NCBI GenBank assembly: GCA_964016885.1
Contig: OZ024742.1
Location: forward strand, 70,494,001 to 70,558,000
DNA from: Eledone cirrhosa
Taxonomy: Eukaryota
Length of the DNA: 64,000 nt
Reading direction: 5' to 3'
The position numbers and the translations under genes are program-made. How positions within the stretch are numbered: the first letter of the stretch is position 1; each line of letters opens with the position of its first letter. Below the pieces are notes generated by a model, which searched no databases, was not told where the DNA came from, and worked only from the letters and a program-made list of their open reading frames with translations. This document shows positions 25,982 to 39,528 of this stretch, one piece after another.

Positions 25982-28460
25982 GTATTTACATATAATTCTA
26001 AAACACCTCATGTCTACATATATATGTTTACGTTGCATCACACAATAATCTATTTGCTTTGTCCTTGTGACAAACAAACAATGATAGCAATCATCATAAT
26101 CATTATTATTATGAAAATCGTTGCTTTTGCTATTTCCTTCAAGATAATTAATTCTATCCACTGCAACGATGGAGCGATATGTAATGGGTTCAACAGTCGA
26201 GTCCTAGAAAAGGAAATAAGGGATTTCTATGGAGAAATCACCTGAAGGTTCATTTAAAAGCAGCAGTCATCTTTCATTCTACAGGTATACGACGAAATAT
26301 AGATCCTTCAAATAGCCTTATATATATAAAGAGAGGGAGGACTAGATTTTCTCTCTCTTGCATATTTCTCGTGATCTGAAAAACCAATAATGGGAGTTTC
26401 AGTCTAGAAATTACGAGGATAGCCCCAGTTGATAGTTTTGGGGGGTTTTTTTCTCACAAGCCATATTCAGACTATGATACTCTGTGTGTATATATATACA
26501 TTTATGAGAGAGAGAGATTCTTTTCTTTTTTTTTTTTTGCGAGGAAAATGTTTATTCATTCAAACGAAGTATTTTTAAATAAGATCATAATATACAATTT
26601 GTATAATGTTTACATATATATTATGCAATCTAAGGAAAATGTATCTAAATATCAGAAAGGGCAATATAGCACAATATACGCACTCACATATTTCATTACA
26701 TTATACTACACACACATAAATATATATATATTATATATATATATTCTATATATATATTATATATATATATTGTGTATATATATATATATATATTGTGTAT
26801 ATATATATATTATATTGTATATATATATATTATATATATCTCCACAGTTCAGTTATCTTACAGTAATAAAAAGAACTAGAGTATAATGTAACATCAACAG
26901 CAATGTGTGTGTTAACTGCTCCACGGGTGGATAATGTATGATTATAACTGTAGCCTTTGTTTGTGTCTACCCTCACGACATATCGGTTAATAAAATACCT
27001 GTACGAGATTTAAAATGTTTACCTCTCTCTTGCTACATGCCTGGTAAGAGTTCCTAGCGCCTTATCAGTCTGCATTAGGGACCATGTAGATATCTGTTCT
27101 AGTAGTTTGGAAGTAGGGTCCGACCGAATTGTAAAGCCTCCTCACCTACATCCATATTTACTAGACTCTGATGCAGGAGAGTTCGTGTCGACAATTTATA
27201 GTCACTGAAATCTTACGGAAGCCTAAAACTACAACATTTATATGTCGATAGCTCATCAAATCACAATACAGCTGGCTCAATTAAAATTGAATTATAATTG
27301 AACATTTGAATCGCAATTATTTTGTTGAAATTATCAAAACAATGAATAAAAAAGAAATGAATTGATACATAACATAAAAAGGTTTAATTAAATGTTTTGG
27401 AATTATTTCAGTTATAATAGCTCGCATTTCCCGTTGCTCTGACATGGACAGACTGTAATCTTTCGGACTACGAATCTCAATTACATTTAGTTATTAATTT
27501 CATACACACACACTTGTGTGTGTGTGTGCTTTTGCTGTGACTAGAGAAGTCCGAACTCGTGTATAAAGGTTACTAATTACAAAAGTTACATACTTCTCTA
27601 AATACTAACTGTCCTAGTTTTTATTCTTAGTAACATCGTTTTCTCGCTTCTTTTCATACTCTTTATTTCTCTTCTTTCTGGGATCTGATGAATTTAATAA
27701 ACAAAGTGTTGTCGTTGGTATTGAAAATTTCAGCACCTTGCGGCCTTCGTACAATTGAACATTTGTTGCTGTGTTTAATGGATCGTCTGTCAAGAAATAT
27801 TTGAATAAATAAATAAACATACTCCCCCCTCGCTCTCTATCTCTATCGCTCTTCCCTGTCTCCATTTCATCTCCCTTTCTTATTTCTATGTTATGTTGCT
27901 GTCTGTCTATCTCTTTGTATAAATAATTATAAATAAGAGGATGATATACTAAATGTCGTACGCGAAAAAAAGAATTGATTGAAACCTCCTTGTTAGTCGG
28001 AGAAAAAAAAATGCTAGGGCCAAATACAGGCAATTCCCAAAGCAAAAGGGATTTCAAGAAATTAAGAATTAATCTGTTGAAGTTAATTTATGTGCTTCGA
28101 GGAATGAAAGAATGTCGTTTATTTTCAGGCTATTCTATGGACATGTTTCGGATTATTAAACCTCATCAGCATAATATAGTTTACTCAAGCCTATTTGATT
28201 AATTAACAAAGATTTTTACCTACATTTTTGGCCAATCAAATTTATATAATCAAAAAAATTAAATGCATCTAGAGAAATAATTCAAATGAGCCAACTGCAT
28301 AATTTAAAATAAATAAGTTAAGAACATACGCAAAAAAAAATCTTAATTTTTATTTCTTATTTATTTGGAGAAAGAAATTACGAATTAATCTCTCAAAGTT
28401 ATTTTAATTTAATATATGCACAACAACAAAAACAGCAGCAGCAACAACAACAACAACAAT

Positions 28461-28980
28461 AATTGTTTCTACTTTTGGTACAAGGCCAGTAATTTGAAGG
28501 GAAGGATAAAGTCATCTAAATCGAATCCAGTGCGTTACTGGTACTTTATTTTATCGATACCGTAAAGATGAAAGGCAAAGCTAACCATGGCGAGATTTGA
28601 ACTCAGAACGTAATGAGCCGTAACTCTATGCCGTGAAGCATGGTGTCCGAATAATAATAATTGTTTCTACTTTTGGCACAAGGTCAGCAATTACCCAGTG
28701 CATTACTGGTACTTTATTTTATCGACCCCGTAAGGATGAAAGGCAAAGTTAACCTCGGCGGGATTTGAACTGGTGTCCGAATAATAATAATGGTTTCTGA
28801 TTTAGGCACAAGGCTAACCATTTGGGGAGCAAGGGGAAAGTGGATTAGATCGAATCCAGTGCATTACTGGTACTTTATTTTAACGACCTCATAAGGATGA
28901 ACGATAAAGCTAACCTCGGCTGGATTTTAAATCAGACCGTAAGGGGCCGTAACTCTATGCTGCAAAGCATGATGTTCGAT
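28461..28980 (-). mobile_element. Three stacked SINE-A copies
   Basis: Three cores in tandem; middle copy 28662-28770 flanked by 21-bp direct repeat TGGTGTCCGAATAATAATAAT. Confidence 0.9.
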
Positions 28981-28989
28981 AATTCAGTA

Positions 28990-29935
28990 CCTTAAACCCC
29001 AGTTGACTGGATGATGAAAATGGTTGCAGATTACGAAAGGAAGAAGAGGTTACATACAGTCACAAAGAAAAGCAGGAATTTTGTGGAAGAATTGGAATTA
29101 TATTTTGAAAATGATGTAGATTAAAGCTGCAAAGAACATCAAAATATTGGCAAAGCATGAAGGTCAAAGGAGACTATGCACTAAATGGGAGCAAATTCCA
29201 CTGCATGGGCAGTATGTTCTCTGTAGCAAAGAACCTGATGGAGATCACACTTCCACCAATCAGTGGCTGTGGAGTTATGGGCTAAAAGCAGAGAGTAAGG
29301 ACTTCATTTTGGCTACACATGACTACTGTCTTTCAACGCGCAACTTTCAAGCCAATGTGGTCAGAAATGGAATTGATTCAAAGTGTCGATTCTTTGACGA
29401 GCATATTGAAACCATTAACCACCTGCAAAGTATTAACTCCGGGGAATATAAAACGAGGCATGATAGAGTGGGGCAATATTTATACTGAGTAATGTGCAGG
29501 TTTTATTGTCTGAAAACGGAGGGAAATGGTAAAACCATCACCCAGATACAGTAACAGGAGGTGAGAATGTGACAATCCCATGGGATTTCCCTGTGAATAC
29601 TGATAGAACAATCAAAGCCAACAGACCTGATATAATTGTGAAGGACCATAAAGAGAAAACATGTTTCTAAATTTACATGCGCATTGCATCAGATCATAAC
29701 ATCTCGAAAGAGTTCCTTAAGCTCAGCAAGTATAAAAATCTATCAACTGAAACTGAGAAAAATGTGGCATCTTAAAGCACGTACAATACCATTAACAGTC
29801 GGCGCACTTGGAATGATAAAAAAGGGAACTGAAAAATATTTGAACCGGATACCTGGAAAGCCATCTCTGCAGGAGATACAGAAAATAGTACTGACTGGCA
29901 CCATTCATGTCCTGAGAAGGGCATTATCAATTTAA
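28990..29935 (+). pseudogene. 3' fragment of an R4/Dong-like non-LTR element (zinc knuckle + restriction-like endonuclease)
   Basis: PLHGQY, CRFF..HIETINHL, YKTRHDRVG, ANRPDIIVKD, PLTVGALG, IQKIVL..LRRAL. Confidence 0.85.
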
Positions 29936-30399
29936 AAACCTTGCAAAGACATTTACTGTGCCCTCGTAACATCATTTGTATGACAATTGATTGTAAAATG
30001 TGTGTATTTTCAAATTTTGCCTCATGTGTCACGCTCACACTCGGCATGAGTCTACTATATTCCATAGCCAGCCACTCAAGTTGAAATGGCTATTCCAACA
30101 CGTCTCCTTCGCCATCCTCCGGGGTAACATTTTCTTCATTCTGTCCGCTGGGACCACGTGGAGGCATATACATGGGTTTCCATACACTAAAGAAGGATTC
30201 CCCACTCTGCCCTGGCCTGCATCGCTGGGGCATCGATACTGAGTCGGTAAACTGTAAAACAAGGACTATATATCTAACACACAAATGCAGTGACATTGTG
30301 TCTGTTTATAAGTGTAGTAAAGCTCCGAATAATGGTAGAAGACACTTTCCTAATGTTTGTTTGTTTGTTTATTTGTTTTGTTTTGTTTTGATTAGCTTC

Positions 30400-30535
30400 T
30401 TGTTTTCTTTTTTCTTTTTTCTTTTTTCTTTTTTCTTTTTTCTTTTTTCTTTTTTCTTTTTTCTTTTTTCTTTTTTCTTTTTTCTTTTTTCTTTTTTCTT
30501 TTTTTTTTCTTTTTTCTTTTTTCCTTTTCTATTTT
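30400..30535. repeat. (TTTTTC)n-like pyrimidine tract
   Basis: Direct reading. Confidence 0.9.
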
Positions 30536-32291
30536 TTGTTCAGGGCGGGAAGAGCAGTGCCTGTGACCATTTTCAATGCCCTACCCCCGAGACTGGTAAA
30601 AGAGGAGGAGGGAGTTTTCCTAGAACCTGAAGTCTGAATGTTTGCTAAAGACCCCCCATAACTAGGTGCCAATGTTAAAGTTTGACGGATTAAGTCTACT
30701 ATTCAAGTAATCCACAACGGAGCAAAGAGGAGGATTAAATACCGCAAAACATTTCGTCTGGCGCACTAACAATCCTACCAATTCTTTACTACCTTGGACT
30801 GGTACTTTATTTTATCGACCCTGAAAAAAAAATAAGAGAAAAGCCGTGCATTGGGTACCTACGGTCTATGAGCTGACATATCACTTACTCATCGAATTTG
30901 CTTATACTAGTAAATATTGTATCGAATGACTAGGTGTGATCAAACAATCAGCTTCTTTAGATACACTATACGTTTGTCGAGTGAGATTGTGCTGGTGACT
31001 GGTGACTAATGCAATCTAACAGTGAGGTCATGCTGATGTCGTCGTCGTTGTCGATGTTATTTAACAACAAGCTAGCCCTGATACAAAAGAGTTGTGCCAT
31101 TCCATGCTTTCTTTTATCGAAATATAGTGTATCTAGGATTACATTAGTCTATGTGCCTTTACATTTTTTTTTTTTTTTTTGTAAGACTGACCTTGTGCAT
31201 TCCTGTGAATGCGACCCACTTGCAAGTTAATTTCACGAACAGGCTGTTTTGCTGTTAGAACTGGCGCACTCGTCATCGGATATGGCGGAGTTCCAAATAC
31301 ATCAATTCCATTCCGTGGTGGTAATGGTGATGGTGATGGGGGTGTTAAAGATGGTATCGGTGGCGATAACACTGATAATATGTATATAAAAGACTCATAT
31401 GAAATACATAAATAAATAAATAAACAAACAAACAAACAAACAAACAAATAAACAAAAAAATAAAGCAGTGGCTTGGATAAAAAATTTGAAAATGTGAAGA
31501 AGCATTGTTTTCTGAACGTCCAAAATACTTTACAAATGTTTCAGATTTATAAGCAACTAGGTCGTTACCCGCTGCTATGCTGCCGGTAAAAGTATTTGTT
31601 AATCATGTACGTACCTTCATAAATTGTTCAAATAATGTTTAGATGAACTTTCTCGGTGAAGATTAATAACAGTTTGAATACTGTTGAACAATAACCTTTA
31701 TTTAAAATACTGTTTTATATTCTACAGAATAAGTATACTCATTGAACAATATTTCATAAGATAACTTCATGATAAACAACATTCCTTGTCAAAATTATTT
31801 CTCCATTATTCCAACGCGCCTCCCTCACCTTCCTCCGGGGAAACCCCATCTCTATTCTGTCCGCTGGGGTCGCGGACGACCAGCGTGTGGGCCCGGTTGT
31901 AGTGAGTGATGAGGAGAGTGAGAGAGACGGAGATAGTGACTATACCAGCATTGCTGAAGTATTTTGTAGAGTTAAAGATTAAGTGATTTTACAATAAATA
32001 GGTAGATAACCAGACCAATTCAATAGATATCATTACTCACTTATTCCCTATTAAGCTGATATTCAAAACATCACTTAACAAAGGATTTCTTAAATAAAAT
32101 TATGTTTGAAGGTTTCAGAATAAATGTAGCGAAGTCTGTCCGCGCCTTGAACCTTGGGTGACACCTAAAGGTCAAATTCTAGGTCACCACCCTTTTGGTG
32201 TGAACAGGTTGATGTGTTGGCTATCCCCTCAAAGTGGGAGATAGGAAGCGACAGGTATATAAAGCCTGTATCATCCCACGTTTATACAGAA

Positions 32292-32530
32292 AGATCGGAG
32301 CATTACGCTAGCAACTAACTATGTAAAGATTCACCGCTACCTTCGGGCTCTTGAGGTCTACAGAAACACAGAGAGATCGGAGCATTACGCCTACAACAAG
32401 CTATGTAAAGGGTCACCGCTACCTTCAAGCCCCAGAGGTCTACAGAAATTCAGAGAGATCGGAGCACTACGATACAGACCAGCTATGTAAGGATTCACCG
32501 CTATCTACAGGCCATAGTGGTCTACAGTCA
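32292..32530. repeat. ~81-bp tandem repeat x3
   Basis: AGATCGGAGCATTACG..CTATGTAAAG.TCACCGCTACCTTC..GGTCTACAG units starting near 32292, 32373, 32455. Confidence 0.85.
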
Positions 32531-32812
32531 ATTACAGACCATTACCCCCTCTCTCTCCTGGTCGCAGACTTACGACGAGAACTACTACCACGGACTGCAA
32601 TCACCAACAATCTTTATCTGGTCGCTCGCGGTTTTCATATCAACAACAAAATAACATTGTCAACCTTCGCAACTCTTGATAACTTGTTTTATTGTACTTT
32701 TTGATTGAAGTGAAGTAAACCATATATAAACTAAATCCTTTACTATTGTTATTTCATCTAATAACATGTTAATTCATCTAACAATTACTAACAAATACCT
32801 TTCGTTAAATAA

Positions 32813-33045
32813 ATATCATCACCATCCAGTTTTTGCTTATGCAGGACACAATTAATTCCTAAGTAGGGGTGGGTCTGCCTGACAACGCTCCTTAGCGTCC
32901 CGCTCCATGTGTTTCTCTCCGCCGGTCTCGCTTATGCCAAGCCAACTGCTTTTTGGTCTTTCTGGGCCTCTACTGCCTCTTGGATCGACATTCATCACTT
33001 TGCTGATCCAGCCCTCACTGCGCTCGACATGACCATACCAGCGAT
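32813..33045 (-). mobile_element. RTE-clade LINE 3' fragment nested in the Helitron
   Basis: Minus strand RWYGHVERSEGWISKVMNVDPRGSRGPERPKSSW; ends GGATGGTGATGAT. Confidence 0.75.
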
Positions 33046-33171
33046 ATTAAAATTAGCAGTTGTATATAATAAAATCAGCTTGTCTCTTCTTGGATGTGCT
33101 GCTGAATTCTGTTTGGTCTGCGTATATGAGCTGGTTTTCAGAGTCTCCCACTCTGCTGTTAGGAACATAAA

Positions 33172-36100
33172 ATTGACATAACAAAAGCAGGTCTGATGGA
33201 GAATTGCAATCTTCGAAGAGTGAATAAGTCGGTGTCAGACGGCTGAAGAGGAATCCGAGAAATGGTCAGCACTGCTCAAGTATCAAAACCGCTGAATTCA
33301 TTAAAATGCCAGTAGTGTTGAGCATCGTGTAATGAGTACCATTGCAGCGGCGATGAGTGTAATCTATGTTTCGTAATAACATTACTGGAGCTCCAATCTT
33401 AATGGTGTGAGGAAGAAGACCACATAGATTTAGTGAATTCAAACATTTTGGAGGATAGAGAAAAGACTGATTTTCTTCTGTCACTAAATCTATACTTCTT
33501 AATGTAATCACATTTCCTGGAAATGTTTCCATAATTTCGTCATTTAGTTTATCAACCTTTTCGTTTTTTACTGTTAAAATAACACTTGAAGACATCCACT
33601 GTGGTTCGTTGGTAAATCGGCATAAACAAATTCAACTAACTCTTCTTTGAGCTCACTGTTAAGGAAGGCGGAATTACAATGACATCCTTAAAGAAATCAC
33701 CATCAACAATGTTGGGAATCTTTCCTTCGCCCAACTCCAGCAACCAATTTGCATGCTGATTTAACCGATTATGTGTATTAATATCATTATTATTCAGACA
33801 ATTTAGAACTTTGGTACCAATGGTCGGTATGTCTGAGCTGGGCAGTAGGGCGAGCTCCTGCTGGCCTACACAATGGTTCAAATAGGTTATGTTCATTACC
33901 TCTGCCGGCCAAACTCCCTCCCATGCGTCCTCATCATGATACTGTCTCCATTAAATTGGGTTGGGTGTGAAAGCGAGAGGTCGGCGCTATAACCGATGCA
34001 ATGCTTGGATTGCACTATCCTAAAGTGCATATACGTGCAGCTGGACACGACTTGTTAAATCCATCGCCCGAAGAAACTCCATTGAAATGAACTTACACCG
34101 TGAATTCCTTCGATGGAGCCGGCTCAACACACCCCGGTTGAACGCCGCCACAAACACAAGTAAGTAATTTAGAACTCTGATATTTGTCTGTAGATTCAAG
34201 ACTTTGCAATGACTCCATGCGTTAATTAGTGAAGGTCGAGTGGTGACTTTGTGAATTACAGGAAGAATTTGCTGAAAATCGTCACCAAGGAGCAATAATT
34301 TTCCTCCGAAGAGTTGCTCATTATTCATGGCAACCTGAAGTGTGCGATTTAAAGCTTCAAGCTATCGTTGGCATACTGAGGCTTCATCCCACACCAACAG
34401 CTGAGCATCGTATAAAAGATGTCCTGTTATATCATTAGGTGAGACGTGACACGCTGAAATTGACGTTACCGGAATGAGGAACTTTAAGTGAGAATGAGCA
34501 CTGCAGCCGAGCTTTAGCAGTGTCGCCGCGATACCAGAGGAAGCTGTAGCGACGACGATTCCACCTTTTTTTTTTGCGAACATAAGACAGCAGTAAGTTT
34601 AACAGGAAATCTTGCCTGTTCCTCCTAGAGCATCAATAAGTAGCAAACCCCCATCATTGTTGTCGATTTTTGTTTGGACTGTTTCATAAACAATCCTCTG
34701 TTCGTTAAGCATATCGATGTCATCATTGTAGGAGGCTTCTGATGTAGAAGGTATTTCATCCTGATTGGCAGGTGTAGCTTGTTCTTGGTGATTAACGACA
34801 GGTATATCATAATCAACTGTTGAACGGTTATACTGAATAAATTGATGATCCAGCGCACACATGTCATTAACAGCCGCTTCTGTTGCATGCTGGGAAATCA
34901 TTGTTTCTCTTCTGATACAGAAAGTCTTCAGACAAATTGTCATAGAACATGTTGTATAATGTTAGAGGCCCTGGTGGACAGTAAAAGTGAAGAATTGTCA
35001 TAAATAACTTTCTGAGCTGGTCAGCAGATTGAGTCGTGGTTGCCGTATTCATGCACACTTGCCATTCTTGGTAAGACGATTCATTGCTTGACATGTATGT
35101 TTAAAACTTTCGCACGTTTTATTATCGACTGTCAGTAGATCTTGAAAGCAACAATCTCAAATAGAAGAGTTCACCCCAAGACGGACGGACAGTGTACACT
35201 CTACCAAGTGTATGTGGTATTCCTTCTGGTTGCCTTACTCTCCTTCGCCAGGTATTATTCGATTACTGCCATGTATCAGGAAAGTCGTACTAGAGAATAC
35301 TTCTTGCTTCTGGATGTTCATGATTCTTATCAAAGTAGGCAGTGAGTTTAGTAGTTTGAACTTGCTACAAAGCATATTCCGGGTTGTTTATATCGAAGGC
35401 TACATGTTATTGACTGGGCAAGTGAATCAGAAGGCATTCAACAGAAGGACTTCTTTGTCGAATTAGAAATTAAAAAGGTCTCCAGCATGATTCAGATGAT
35501 CCAAGATACTTGTAATTTTCTTATTTCGTGATCTCTCTTGAACTCAACGCCGATGTCAATACGAATCCGTTCTTACTCTCTTTCTAGAGAAATTACAAAA
35601 TAGTCTGCTCCCGTGAATATACATTTATACAAATATTTGACAGCTTTGATTGACGCACACCATTCAACATTAATTTGAGCTTCCAATTTCTGCAGCAGCC
35701 AGGCATTATAGGGAACTGTGGATATCTCTATTTCCAACTCTCACAGTGGCAGTATGGCCTCCTTCAGCTGAGCTTCGTCGACGATACAGTAGATAACATT
35801 TGTCGCTAGTCATCGTTTGTGAACGGAATTCACAGGGATAATTCTTGCTACAGAATCCTTTTACCATGCAAAGTGAAGTCGCGTTATGCTCTCCATACGG
35901 TCCGTGTATCATGTGCCTCTTCACCAAACTATATAGAACAGCCGTATTTGGATTGTCTCGGTCAGGAAGTTTAGCAGAGACGACTTTGTTGATTTCTTGC
36001 CAAGCGTTGGGACTGTTTTCTATTCTAACTAGAAAGTGACAGTGAGGTATATCTCTTTTTTGAAATTCAATTGTGTTCACATAGGTCATTAACTTTACCA

Positions 36101-37697
36101 AAACTCCGGATTTGATGTCCTGTAAAAGTTGCTGCTGCCTCATTTTGAAAACTTGTGCAGTTATGTGAGGATGATCCACACTAGTTTGATCCGCGTTTAA
36201 TTCTCTTGTTATTTCTTCTGAAGGTGACAAATAATGTAGGCTTTCCAAATTTCCTTACGATGGCCATGATGTCATGGTAGTGCTTTGCCATATATCTCAG
36301 GCTTCCAGTAAACGTACTTGGCAGAATATATCATCTTCCAGTTTGATTAGAATCAGCCCGCAGGTCCGTTGCTTGTTCCGAATATACTGCAAGCAAGCCG
36401 ATTGAATTTTGGCGCATTGATCTACACAAAACTGTTGAAATAGACGATGTCCGTGAAGCAAAATATTCTGTGAGCCTACTTTCTTCGATATTCGAAATGA
36501 ATAAAACTGAAGGCAAGTCATTTTCCTGTTACCTCTTTGATTTGGTAAACCAAAATGTCATCCATCTAAGCCACCAGGAAAAAAGGGTACATTATGGGAT
36601 CGTAGGCCCGATGAAAATCATTAAATGTTTGTAGGCTTTGCTGGTTGTTTTCTGCTCGGAACCTGCAGACCAGCATTCTTCCAGTCTGCTGAGATTCCAC
36701 AGCAACTTTATATAGGTAGGTTATATTTTTTTTAGTGTTCGCCATCAGGTCTTTTGTCTGAGTGTAGTCCGATAAACAGCTTTTCTGGCATTATATCAGT
36801 ACTTATTTGTTCTTGAAAAGATAAGAACGATTGTAAATAAGCGTTATCTGTTGAAATCATAGCAGAATGAAGCTTTCGAAAGATAACATCAAAAGCTTCT
36901 TTTGTATTATTACTAAGCATTCTCTATATACGCTGGCGATTTGGCTCTTCAGAGTCGTAGAAGTAAGCCTGAAAGCAGGACGGTATATCTACAGCATTAT
37001 TTCTTGAGGCTCAAAAAAATCTTCCTCCAACGTGGAAAAACGTTGACCATTTGTAACATCACTGGCTTTCATGCAACACATGGCCATGACGCTCTTAAAC
37101 CTTCGTATGTTTCTCCTGAAATATTTTGCTTCAGGTGGATTAAATATAAATAGCTGATATAATTCCTCTGGTAAATCTGGTATTTTCGGAATGTGAATTA
37201 AACCAGCTTTGCAGCAAATACTAAAATCTGGATAAGTGAGGGTGCCTCCGGTGAGCTCTGACACGAATATCTGTGCGTTGCAGTGACGGCACCTGACGTC
37301 CATTACGCCACAGCTGTGACGGGTTATAGTGACATGGACTTCTATCGTAGCGTCAGTGCCATGCTGCCTTGTCATATTTAAAGTCTTTCTCTGTTTTGAC
37401 GATTATTTCTGATTTGTTGTCTTTCTTTCTGAGAAGGTTGCTGGTGTGCATTACGATGTTGCGCAGCAGTATCTTCTAAAACTCGTTCACTCTGTTCTTG
37501 AGAGTATTCTTCTCTCGCTGTCCTATGATGCTCAGCATCTCGCTTTTTTTTTAAGAAAGTTGTTCTCGCGCTTGTTTTCGTCGAGCTACAATAATCTATT
37601 TTGGGTTCTTCCTATCTTCTTCATTCGTTCCCTGTCTTCTTACCTGCTAGCGCTGCTTTGCTTCTACTGTATGGGTAGTTCTGTGATGCTCATCCAT
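33172..37697 (-). pseudogene. Helitron RepHel (HUH Rep + Pif1 helicase), fragmented
   Basis: CRHCNA..CCKAG zinc finger, RLFQQF, EFQKRDIPHCHFL, HMIHGP, DALGGTGK, ASSGIAATLL, WDEA, FGGKLLLLGDDFQQILPV, GAPVMLLRNID, RRLQFSIRPAFVMSI. Confidence 0.95.
33811..34165 (+). mobile_element. 355-bp unclassified retroposon inside the Helitron helicase
   Basis: 11-bp TSD AATTTAGAACT at 33800-33810 and 34166-34176; ends CAAGTAAGT; helicase frame resumes on both sides. Confidence 0.85.
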
Positions 37698-37807
37698 GTT
37701 GACGGTAAAATCCCAAAACAAAACAAAATAGTAAAATTATGTGGTAAAAACTCTTGATTTATATACACTGACTGGCCGTGCGTAACAATAATATGGTCGT
37801 TATTGCT

Positions 37808-37912
37808 AATCCCGCCGAGGTTAACTTTGCCTTTCACCCTTATGGGGTCGATAAAATAAAGTACCAGTAATGTACTGGTAAATTGCTAGCCTTGTGGCTA
37901 AAAGTAGAAACA
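37808..37912 (+). mobile_element. 5'-truncated SINE-A with 9-bp TSD
   Basis: GTTATTGCT at 37799-37807 and 37913-37921. Confidence 0.85.
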
Positions 37913-38086
37913 GTTATTGCTGAAACTATTTAATGTGCCTCTTATGGTATTACCAGTTAATAGTAGACTGTTATAAAGTGAAAGTTACTCTATGGTGTCA
38001 CTCTATCTATCTTTCACACACACATACACACACTCTCTCTAATGTCGGCAGCTTGACTGCTGCTATAAATGTTGCTATGACAACCT

Positions 38087-38850
38087 GTGTTGACAGTAAC
38101 GACCGAGAAAAATTTCATGAAAAAAATATGGATACGCAAGCTACACAAAAAAATTACTGAACAGGGGGACAACACCACAACTACACAAATGAACTCCACC
38201 ACCACAAATGAAACAACAATTGAGATCAACAACAACAGCAACTATAAAAAATCTTTCACACAAACAGTAGCGAACAAACAAAGTTTAACAAAGTTAGACA
38301 TTTCTAATGCAAAAGAAATGATAAGTGAAGGAAATAAATACATTACTTTCGAAGAAAAGGGGGGTTTAGAATCACCCCTCCGCCACAAATTAGGGCTGAC
38401 ACTGCGCAAAACTGTGATTTTTCGCACGATCGCAAATACATTAAAAAATCGGCTTTTCTTACTCAAGGCGAAATTGAAATGGTCTTGAAAGAGGCAATGC
38501 CGGATATTGATTTCATACAAAAGGCTAAACAATATGGAAACATTTCGGTGCTTTTCAAAAGCGAGGCCCTTGCACAAAAATACTCGGTAACCGTGGTCAC
38601 CTCTGCCAAATACACCTTTTTCCTTACATACATGGGAAAAAGGACAGACACAGAAATAAATATCACAAACATACCACCAAATATTAATATTTGGTGGATT
38701 TTGGCAGGGTTCTTGGAGGAGGAGGAAGACACGATCCTTTCGATACAAAAATCCACAAGAAACACCTGGAATGGCACAACTTTGGAAATTCTAGTCCAAA
38801 TAAAATCAGACAGAATTTCCAAGATCCCAGAAAGAGTGCCTACGCACATA
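38087..38850 (+). pseudogene. ORF1 fragment of a divergent L1/Tx1-like LINE
   Basis: Thr/Asn-rich leader, then LRKTVIFRT..KQYGNISVLF..TYMGKR..NIPPNI..TILSIQK, aligning by eye with ORF1 at 48810-49170. Confidence 0.7.
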
Positions 38851-38851
38851 C

Positions 38852-39133
38852 GTCGTGTATAAGATAGAATGTGACAGGTGCAACCAATACTACATAGGTA
38901 GCACAATCCGACCTTTGCACTTCCAGATCAAGGAACACACTAAAACCAGGGCCTCGTCTTTCCGGAAACACATAGACAAATGCGGAAACAAAGACGGAAG
39001 GCCCATTGTCACAATTCTAGCGACTGAAAGAAACGTCGGCACGTTACGTATCAAGGAAGTGCTTTTTATCAAACGCATGGCACCGCAAATAAACAATCGA
39101 TCCGAGAGAAGCGAAATGAGGTGGTTGGTTTAA
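38852..39133 (+). pseudogene. Penelope-like GIY-YIG endonuclease fragment
   Basis: VYKIECDRCNQYYIGST..IKEH..RIKEVLFIKRMAPQINNRSE. Confidence 0.9.
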
Positions 39134-39528
39134 GTTAACAAACGATGCAGCAACACACGCACACACACACACAAACAAGACAACTACACACGCACACGCA
39201 CACACACACAGTAGCATTCCACCATACGAACATACTACACTGCCAATACAGAGGAACAAGGCAACAACACACGCACACACACACACACTCAAGCGAGACA
39301 ACAACACACGCACACACACACACAGTAACATTTAACAAACAGGCAGAGAATGGACTGACAGCTAGCGCCACCCCACTCCCACATTCTGCCGCTGACCTCT
39401 GCCCGACCGACCCCATTTCACGCGCACGCGCGCTCTGCTGAATACCTCAGATATTCAAAACAACAAACAGCGGAGGACGCGTTTCGCACCTTTCCGACAG
39501 ACAACCTTTCCCCCACCCCGGAAAAAAA

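Larger units (their letters stand above)
31557..37790 (-). mobile_element. Helitron (decayed, with nested insertions); 5' end not located
   Basis: Minus-strand hairpin TTACCGGCAGC-ATA-GCAGCGGGTAA then CGAC-CTAG|T at 31557; RepHel remnants upstream on the same strand. Confidence 0.75.

Noticed and set aside
32292-32530. CRISPR-like array
   Set aside because: Whole units repeat without unique spacers; eukaryotic context; no cas genes.
33243-33265. CTGAAGA..GAGAAA hammerhead-like motif
   Set aside because: It is the antisense of Helitron helicase codons and lacks stems I and III.
33841-34000. HDV-like ribozyme in the 355-bp insertion
   Set aside because: A possible P1 (GGCAGTA/TACTGTC) exists, but the P1.1 GG and P2 pairing could not be found.
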